Of a DNA stretch of 64,000 nucleotides, positions 54,301 to 64,000 are shown piece by piece. Positions within the stretch are counted from its first letter, which is position 1, and every line of letters starts with the position of its first letter. The translations under genes and the position numbers were made by a program. The notes under the pieces are model-generated. The model had not been told where the DNA came from, ran no database searches, and saw nothing but the letters and a program-made list of their open reading frames with translations. The stretch lies in NCBI GenBank assembly GCA_046563655.1, contig CM102287.1, forward strand, positions 4,278,001 to 4,342,000, read 5' to 3'. This stretch comes from Yuukianura sp. NJ FZ-2021 (taxonomy: Eukaryota).

Positions 54301-57300
54301 TTTTTTTGGTACAGAAGGATGAAGACATCACTGTGTTTGAAAAGTTCAAAAGAAGCTAAGCAATTGTTGAAAATAGAATAGGAAATTTCAATTCTACAGA
54401 TTTTGACACGTTCGAGATGATCTGTCCATCATTTGAGCCACCGCAGACTCCCACTTAATCACTTTTACAAATCAACACTTTCAAACTTATCAAAAACTCA
54501 AGGACTTTGTCATCTCAATCTCCACCACACTATACCAATGACCAACAAACTTTTCCAACAGGATTCTTAAAAATCTTAAACTTTTTGTTTTTATAAAATT
54601 TTATAAAATGTTTTTATAAAATTTTACTTTCAGGGAGACGGTAACTGCCTATTAACTTCACATGTACCACAGAAAAACCTGACGCTAAACTTATTTTTTC
54701 GTTTGCGGCGTTCAGATCAGTAAAAATATTGATCTTTTTTAAGTTCACATTTGTGATTTTGGTTTTTTTGAAAGAATGAGATTTTTTATGTCGATTTGCT
54801 TTGTTGAACAAAAAACGGTAGATGACTTTTGTGCTGACGCATTTTGGAAGTACTTGACTAAAGTGATGAGACTTGTCACTTGAGAGTGACGTTTTGGCAG
54901 TGCTAATTTAGAAACTTTTTTTTCGAAGAAAGCCCTGAAGCTTGAAAGTTAAAAAAATTGAACAAGACAGCATGTTTAGAAAGTGGATTTAGAAAGAAAA
55001 CTTTTGTTTTGTTAACTTTTGTTTCGTGAGTTTGTTTTTTGCTAATTTTGAAGAGTCAGAGGGAGTAACTGCGGAGGAAAATGATTTTTTTTAAATTCTG
55101 AAGAAGGAAGTGAGGGAGTTGTCATGTCCTGGACTGAAGGACTACTAGGGAACATACTTACAACAATGGATTTGTACTTTTTCACTTTTTTTTTTGAATT
55201 TGTGGACTAATGTATTGTTATGTAGTTGGAATTGTAAGTTGTGCGGTTGGAGAAGGGAGTTCAGTGGTTTTTGGTTAGTGGTGACCTTCTGGGAACAATT
55301 CAAGTTTTGTAAGTGCTGACAGACTGGGATCCACCGAAATCCTTTGAACAACAAAATTTTGAACAAAAAGAAGAAGAATGGAAAGGAGGGACCATCTTGT
55401 TCTGTGCTTTGTCTTCACACACCACACGCTTTCTTTTGCCGACTCATCAGCCAAAGAACCACATCTTGAAAAATGGGCTTTCAACTTTAGGTTAACTTTT
55501 GGTTTGGAAAAAAAAGAGGAAAAAAAGTGTTGATTTGTTAAAATCAGAAGCGATCCAACTTTTGTTCTTTGTTTTCAACTCTTGTTTGAACAATTCTCAC
55601 CTTTTTCAAATTGATTTTCAATTTTTTTGTTTGAAAGCGTAAGAAATGTCATTTTTCGAACTGAAATGGGTTTTAAATTCAAATCTTTGACGTTTGGCTT
55701 AATAATTTTTGAATGGCAGATAGCATTAGCAATTGTTAAAAAATGAAGAAAAAAAATTCCTTTTCGAAATTTTTATTCCAAAATTTAGCAGCGTTTTGTG
55801 TTAATTTTGCGTTGTGTAAAGATGAGAAGAAAATCAACCAGCATAGTTTTGCCTTTGACGAAAATGGCGTTTTTAGTGTTGTTGTTTCGGTTTTTAATTC
55901 TTAGAGGTATACATAGTATACGTTGTAAGACTGATTTTGATTTCCAAAATTTTAATATTTTTGAATTTTTTTTCTTTTCTGAAATTTTGACTGGGATGCT
56001 CCAGAAGAGTGTGGAATCCCACACACCGTGGATTTTGTGTAGCACTGGAAGTGTGAGGTGTGAGGGGGAAAGGAAATGGAAAGTAGAACAAAAGATGTTC
56101 TCAGCAGGGATTCCTTGTTACATTTTTTATTCCTTTTTTATTACATTTGGAACTTGTTACTTCAAATTTTTGTTACTGCTTCTGTTGAGCTTGAAGACAT
56201 TTTTGAGAAGTAAAGTTTTTGATAAATTGGTTCTAGTTCTTTCCGGGTGAGAAGTTTTATGATGGGCAGATTCAATTCAAACTTCTTTGACTTCTCTACA
56301 GCTAAACTCAACAAAAGAAGACGAGACAACAATAGGCTAAAACTTCTGCAGTGTACAGTTGGTTTTCTGCAACATTCAATTCTGCATGTACAAAAATATT
56401 CAACAGATGCAGAAATACTTGTCAAAATACACACTGTACTACATGCAATGTGTATTTCTGACTTATCTGTGTATTAGATGGTTTTTTTTTAGTAAGATGG
56501 GATCAGAATTTTATAAAGGAAGACAACAGGTGGGTTACATGCTGCTGTCCCCGGAAGCACATCTTCCTTCTGAAACTTTTAAAACTAAACTTTTGTAAAG
56601 TCAAAAGCCACAAATCTTAAAACCGTTTTTTGTTCAATTGTGTTTTGTTTTCTAAAAAACTATTGTTCTGTTTTTTCTTAGGTTAGGTTGGTTTTTAAGA
56701 ACAGCCAACAGGCAAAGTTTAAAAACTTTCCAAAAGTCTCCCAGCACTTCCTTTTTCAATCAAAAAAAAAATGCCACGAGGGTGACAGTTTTATTTATTT
56801 TTATTGTTTCATGTATTAATTTGTATTAATTTATATTAGTTTATATATTATTGTTTTTATTTATTTTAACTTGCTAATCGATAATGTGAAAGTGGAATCT
56901 GACATCTGATAGCCCAATTATAATCGGTTGAGCTCCGAAACAAAGTTTCGGATTTCTGACGAATCAGAGGATTAGAAGGATTCGGTGAAATCGGAGAAAA
57001 GAGGTGAAAGTTGAGGCTCTCTTGGGCAAGTGGGAGTTGCCAATTAAAATTGTCATAAATTGAAACCTAGGCTAAGGCTAGATTGTAACAGCTAATTGGT
57101 GAGAGCGAGAAGACAGAAGGTCGAGGTCACGGGTTCAAATCCTCCAAGCTGCAAGGCTTTTTAGGGATTCTGTTATGCTAGGTTAGGGTGGAGAGGGTTG
57201 AAGGGGGTAGTTTTGTTGAAGAAGGATTTGGATTTTCCTGGTCGTGTGTCTCTCTGTGTGGTTTTGTCGGTGTTTAGAAATTAGGAAGAAGTTGAGGAAT

Positions 57301-60300
57301 AATGTGGATTAAGGGTCGTTAAGGTCCTTAAGGGCCCTGTTCTGCTCAATGTTAAGGTTAACGTTATGTTTGGAACAGTTCGGACGGCTTGGTTGAAGGA
57401 AGGTTGACTGCGTAGTGTTATGGGAATTGGGAGGATCCTGAGGAAGATGAGCCCTTAAGACTTAAGGACGGTGGTTAGGCTAGGCGCCGGGGATGGGCCC
57501 TTCGGAAAACGTTACGTTGTCTTCAAAACATGCTTGCTCACACCTTAAGGCTCATTGCTTCTTAAGAGTCAAGGATTCACCGCGTATCTCTTCATAGGGC
57601 CCTTAAAAACTTCAAAGTCAGTGTCACCGTAAGGGCGAGACACTTTTTTATGAACAGATCCGCCTCTTTCTGCCGAAAAAAGTGCGGGAAGAACAAAAGC
57701 AAAAGAAAACAATAGGATGAATTAACTGTTTTCAATTTTCACACTGTGACCTCCGAAATTTTGAAAAAAGAACGAAAAGTTTGGTCCTGAAAACTAAAAA
57801 CAAAATTTTTCCAGCTATCTAAAATATTCGAAAATTTTTGAATGGAGTAAAACTTATACACCTTCCAATTTTTTTTAAATTAAGGAACGCTGTGACCTTT
57901 GACCTTGTTTGAAGGTCACAATCGCCCCTGAATAAAAATTTTGCTGAAAATTTTGTTTTCGTAAGCATTTCAGATTTTGGAATTTTTGAAAATAAAACGA
58001 GAGTGGGACGAGTTTTCCCGCCCAGGCGCCGGTTCGAGGCATTCCGCCTTTGGGCTTTTAAAGTAGAGATCTTAAACCATTTTGGAAAAAAATAAGACAA
58101 AAAAAGATGAGCATTGTGTCTCTGCCGACAAGAAGAAAAAGATGTGAGTTGATCTGAATCAAAAAAGTTTTTACGCAGAAGCGGTTTCCGCTGCTTGTAC
58201 TTTTTACGATGTAGAAATAAAAAAGTTTTAAGTTTTGTCTGTTGAGTGTGAGTCTGTTTGAGCGGGAAAGCATAACTTGATTTGCAGGTTGTAATGTAAG
58301 TAATAATTAATGGAAAAATAAAGTTGACCTCTAAAGTTCTCCTCAGAGGTCAACTTTTTTCTTGAGTAAAGTAAAGCAAAAAAGTTTTATTTTAGTAAGG
58401 AGGATATGTCTAATCCTCAGAATACTGTTTTGTCTGACTGAGCATCATGAGGGGAGAAACATGTGTAAAAATTTTGTAGTAAAAAGGAGCAGGAAATGGA
58501 CGCATCCATTCATATCTGAAACAAGAATCGTTTTGCCCATTGTCCTTCTTATTTTTATTACTCAATTGTTACACGTAGGCAACTTTTACTCAAAACTTAC
58601 AATGCTTGCTAACATTAAATGCTGCAGCAATGCTCCAAAATTGCTGCAGCAATGGTACAACAATACTAAGAGAGGAACTACTTCTCAAGAGAATCAGAGG
58701 GAAGAAGATCCAAGTGTCTGATTAAACTTTGATAATGAAAATGTTCATTTTGGTTCTCAGACTAAATGGAAACGTGGAAACTTTAAACTTTTTCAAGTAA
58801 AAATGGTGCTTCAGTGGCACTGTGTGCAACTTTTCAAGCACTTTGTACTTGTTCAAGTACAAAATGCTAGATTGGAGATGTAGTTGCACAAAAAAGCAAT
58901 TTGTTGACTAATTGGTGCGATTTGGTTTAGACGAGTATTCACTTGACTTAACCTGCGTGGAGTAGATCTGTTTCGGTTGAAAGTGTGCGCAGTGCTGGCT
59001 TTAAAGTAGAGGTGTTGGGTGTCGGAGATGGGTAATTGCATGGGTAATTAATTTTGAAGCTAAGGAGTAAGGGGGAGGAAAACAGAGTCACTGGAGCGTT
59101 AACTTTTTCTTGAAAGTTTCAATTTCCCGCGTTTGGGGAAGGTCAAAGGTCAAATGTGATGGGAAAATTGAATTTCGCGAAACTTTAGACGACGAATCTG
59201 CGATGTTGACGAAAAGTCTGTTCTGGATTTTTTTTTAGAAAAAAAAACGATTGATGAGCGAGCGGAATTGCATTTTGCATGGTTTCACGCCCCATTGATT
59301 TTCTCGTGACAAATTTTTGGTTTGTGTAGAATTTGGGGTTCGTTGATGAATGATGAGAACTTTATTTTTTGGAGAATTTTTTGAAATTTTGAAAAAAGTG
59401 AGTTTGGGTGGTTAAAATTTCGTTTTGTTTATGTTATGTGTGATTGTAATTGTTAATTAGAGTTAGGTTATGATTAGCCAAGGGAAAACGTTTGTTGTCG
59501 AAGGTCATGCACGCGAGGGGGAAGTTGAACCGTATCATGTTTCACTGCCTTGCTGTTGAGAATTATTTAAATTTTCAATTTTTGCGTGATTCTTTCCAAA
59601 CTGATTTTGATCTGGGAATTTTTCAAAGCCAAATTGAATCCTTTTTCTGTGGTTCATGAAGTTTGAGCTAAAAGGGCAATCCAACTAGACTGTGACTTTT
59701 TATTTCTTTTATTATGGGGTCTCTGCAGGTCCTTAACACTTCAAAAAATAATTGAACTTCAGAATTTAATTTGAAATTTTGTTTTTTGAAATTTTAGGTA
59801 AAGATTTGGTTCCAAAATCGAAGAAGCAAGTACAAGAAGTTGATGAAGGCCCAACAAGTGCCGGGTTCGACAGGGTCCAATCAACCCCCGTCAGCCCAAC
59901 AGGAAAATTCCAATGAAACGATGAGTCCACAACCGCCTGACTCCTTCCCCTCACAATCCGGTGACCTCAGTCCACCACCTAACTCAAACAACCAGTCACA
60001 GGTAAGGTCACGAGGTCAAATTTTCAAGGTCAACACCATAAAGTACACTTTTAGCCATAATTACCCCCTCATAGCTTCTTCAGGGGGTACTTTTCTATTT
60101 CCGAAAAAATTATCCGAAAATATCTGAAAAGACGTAGAAGCTCCTTAAAATATACCGGGCCAAGTCCAGGGAATTGTTTTTGAGATATTTTTGTTTGAGA
60201 TAAACTATGATCATTTCTCCAACTTTGAAGGTTGTGGACATGATGCCCCCTCATAAATTATGGAAAGTGACACGGGACAGTTGAAAACGATGACAATCTT

Positions 60301-61280
60301 GTTAACTTGAGCACACATGAATTCTGGTTGGTCAGATGATATCTGTTCGTTAGAGTCATAATTGAATTTGGACATGTCCAAATACTCTGTCCAAAGTCTA
60401 AAATTGGTGTGCTATGGGGAGTAATAGTGAAGGTGGAGTATGGAGGGGCAACTGTGAGTAATCATGGCATGTCGATCAGATCCATGTAAATGTTTTGATG
60501 AGTCGAAGACAAAGGAACATGAGCTTTTGGGAAACATTAAAACTGTGAGCGGGTCTTTTTGAAATTCGTTCAGGGGAAGTTATGACCATTGTTCGCATGT
60601 TCCTTCGTCCTTTGCATGTCACCGTCCATCTCTCTGCATGTCACTTGGACTCTCTCTCTGTGTAGTAGCAAAGAGAAACCAAAGTCCTTTGTAGTCGGCC
60701 CATTTTGTCACAAAATAAAAATTGTTATTAAAAAAAATGTTACAACAGAAAAAAATGTGCATGCCTTTTTAGCGAAATGCGAAAAGAGTTGGCGAAAATT
60801 GAATGAAAAATTTCAGGTTTTAAGGAGGAAAAGTTTTTTTAAAGCCTGGGCCGAACCATAAAGTGAGTTTTCACGAAATTTGAGGAAAATTAGAAGAATC
60901 TAAACATATTTTTTTTTTTTAGAAATTACAAAGTACGTAAAACGGAAAATCTTGCGATTTTTTTTGCAAGTCTTGTCTTGTGATTTTTTGTGACGTGGAG
61001 TATATTATGGGGGGATGGTTGAGATTTCCGTTTTTGGAATAGTTTTTAGATTTCAAAGTGAAAATTTTCTAAAAATATTGTTTTTTGTTTGATTTTTCAG
61101 GCGAGTTGCTCATCCCCCGTGTCTCCTTGGGAAATGAAGCCCTTACCTCACTCTCATGGTCCCCCCGGGGGTGGCCCCCACGGACCCCCCTTGCATCACC
61201 CGCACGTTCTGCCGGTGAGTCATCATCAGGCAGCCTACCCCTACCATTGGTACCCTCAAGACCATTCACTCCTCACCTAA
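51311..61280 (+). CDS. Dll: Distal-less homeodomain transcription factor
   Basis: Exons 51311-51488, 52280-52461, 59798-60001 and 61101-61280. [89 protein letters not shown]. Confidence 0.97.
57083..57152 (+). other. tRNA-like relic (pseudo-tRNA or tRNA-derived SINE head) in Dll intron 2
   Basis: A-box-like AGCTAATTGGTGAGAGC and B-box GGTTCAAATCC (57132-57142) at tRNA-like spacing; no clean cloverleaf. Confidence 0.45.
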
Positions 61281-64000
61281 AAACACCTTCAATTCGCCTA
61301 ATCGCTGAATTACGCTAGCTCTATTTAATTCTCCCCTAGCTAGGTGTGAGCAGCCCTTAAGGGACCCCTTCAGCCAAGGGGCTAAGTTAAATCATTCCAG
61401 TGAGAAACAAACGCTAAGAAAGTGTAAACAAGGTTGTGCATTCACAGTTAACGCATTCCAAAATCAGGGGCAGGACTACAGGGCCCTTGGAGGGACTTCG
61501 CTAATTGTCTTAACTATTAAATTTAAAGTACATTCTAAGGTGTGTGATGATTAAAGTTAAGTTGAAAGGTCAAAGGGCACGAGGGGTGTCCCCTTTTTAG
61601 TTCCTTAAAATTTACACGCCACTTCCCATTCCAAAGTCCCCTCTTGGCTCTATTACAAAATCCAACTCAGGAATGAACTCAATCTTAGAACAAAAAAAAA
61701 TTATGAACTCGTAAGGAACAAGGGAATGATTGATGTTTAATTAAAATGGAAACAAAAATTACAAAGTGTTTTTGCTAAACAAAAAATAGACACACACAGT
61801 ATTATTATTAAAAGTGAAATAACTTCAACAAAAACTGAATTTTTTAATTTCATAATTTCAATTTTGCATAACCTAGGCGCCACTTTCGCGCGTGAATTTT
61901 TTAGTCAGCGTTCTGTTCAAACTAAACTTAGATTGACGGTACCGTCTTGACGCATTTTCAGCAATTTTTGGATGCAGTTTTTCACAAATTTTGCACATGT
62001 AAAAGACAAACAGGCTTTTGCAGGAAGTTGACCTCCAAAAAACCGCGAGTTTTCAAAACTTAATTTTTCGTTTACGTTCTTGTGAACTTCCTCATCTGCA
62101 TCCTTGCATACCAGAGTAGCTGCTGAAGTTTTAGTTTCGTCCAAAGTTGTTTTTTTGAATTTAAACGTGAAAACTGGAATATGACGAGGCCCAGTTTTTG
62201 TTAGGCTTGATGTTGATGAAAATTTTTGAATGATTGACAGTAGGGAGGATCTTGAAGCAAGGGAGAGAGGGATGACATGACATGACTGGATTTTTGCCTT
62301 CAACTTTTGTAGTTTCCCCCCACAATAACCTTAACCATATTCTTCACAAACATTAAACCTAACCTCCTTTGCATGTTTTCGGCCTCAAATTTTACTAAAG
62401 CAGACAGAAAACTGTATTTTGGACTGAAGCCTTTAGACTTTAGCCTGTTACACACCGTCCCAGGCACAGCACTGCGCCGGCGCAGAGTTCACGTCGAATT
62501 TCGTCATGACATGACCCCTCCGTGCAGAGACAAACGACTGACGTCTGTCGGAACAAAATGATGAAACGGATATGAGAGTCTCCCTGTCCAGAATTGAAAT
62601 GGAGAAGATTCTAATCAGCTCAGGAACATCCAACACTTGACAATCCCTCAACACGTCAAAAGCCCAAACATCGTGTTAACTCAACACTTGATTTTGATCA
62701 ACACAATGTCAAGGCCAATCACCAATCAAATCCTTCCTTTCCGGAGTCCATCCAGGTCAACTTTGAGGTCAGCGGAAGCAAAAGTAATGCAAAAACTTGA
62801 AATTCCTTGGACCTGCTTTGACTTTTCGTTGAGAAAATTTCGGTATGAAATTTTGTTGGTGCGGCGCCTAAGTTACAATTTGCAAAATTTTGGAAACCTG
62901 GAATACCAAAAATCAAAATTTTGAATTTGGCAGCATGTGGTAAAGGCTTTTGAAGTTATTTGTGAAGCTAACCGTGAAACAAGTTGTTTGGCACTACTAA
63001 CACTGTTTGTTTGTTGTGTGTTGATTTTTTCTTGCTGTTAAAAAGTTTCGCAGCAGGGTGCTGGAAGTTGATGGGCAATTAGGCAGGGCAGGAACAGGCA
63101 GGCCATGTTATTATCCGGAAGTTAAATTACATAAACAAAACCAAAGAACCAATTTGGCACTTTTACAGTAATTACACAAGGAACTTGTTGTACAAAACGC
63201 TTTTTTTCATACAAAGTTTCAATTTCAGAAAAAAAAACTGCGAAAAGTTTCAGCAATTACTCAAAAGTTACAAAAATCTCAAACATCTCCAGTTTTTTGG
63301 CTAAAAAGTATAAGAATTTGTTAGTTTCACTTAAATTTTTTTTTCTGATTCGCTCAAATATTTTTTTGTGAAACGTTTTGCAGATTGGCTTAACTTTTTT
63401 CCTCCGCTTGCCTCCTCCCTTCCAGAACTTTGTGGATCCCGCAGTCTATTGTGATTTTGAAGTTGTTTTGTATTCGACTCATGTTCGGAAGTGAGTTGGC
63501 TTGATTTTACGGTCTATGAACTTGAATTGTTATCCACCAGAAGTTTTTTGGTTCCTGAGAAAGTGAAGCATCACACACCAGCAAGCATCCATAAATCACT
63601 TGTGCTTTTAGGCTTCAACAATTTCCAATTTGCAACTTGAGCCGCTGCTAATTGCCCACAATTCTCGACAGCTCCGCTGCAAAAAATACAAAATTAAATC
63701 AGACTAATCAAAATCAAGAAACAGGAACTTCGTAACGTAAAATTTCCGAGGAAAGAATTTTTTTTAACAAATTTTTTTCTGACCGTGCAACTTTTCTCCA
63801 ATTTTCTCTCAAAATTTTGACTCATCCGAATTGCCACAAAACTTTCATGAAAGTTCAAAATCGGAGTTTTAGAAAACTTTTTTTTTGATCGACCTGAGAG
63901 CAGGTGATGAAAACGTTTATTTTTCCCTGCCCGATTTCCCATTGTCAGACGTTTTTGAAAAAAAGTGTAAGTGTAAGTAGCCTAATGGTTCGATTGTCGA

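Noticed and set aside
53171..59041. Nested protein-coding genes in Dll intron 2
   Set aside because: The ORFs are short, AT-rich (F/K/L/I-biased), mostly non-ATG, and lack consistent splice structure.

Overview
Eukaryotic, intron-containing DNA from a compact, AT-rich arthropod genome with mostly 60-100 bp GT-AG introns. No prokaryotic features, CRISPR arrays or rRNA were seen. Four same-strand trypsin-family serine proteases, three with a clear and one with a degenerate clip/Stubble-type domain, resemble Drosophila filzig, CG8170, CG13744 and CG8172 (recalled sequences, no search run). They are interleaved with Enhancer of Polycomb and a tight housekeeping block (MRPL42, TMEM208, FUN14-domain protein, BBS5, XPB/haywire). 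LRRC40 and a complete four-exon Distal-less gene follow. Several orphan genes are present, including a 120-aa four-exon secreted-protein gene missed by the ORF track. Also present are two hAT-like MITEs in introns, a perfect 52-bp palindrome and a tRNA-like relic. The most conspicuous unexplained signal is a pervasive TGACCT/AGGTCA repeat grammar: at least 15 exact TGACCTTTGACCT (DR1) copies plus hairpins, in introns, UTRs and even exons. All exon boundaries were read by eye from splice signals and reading-frame continuity.
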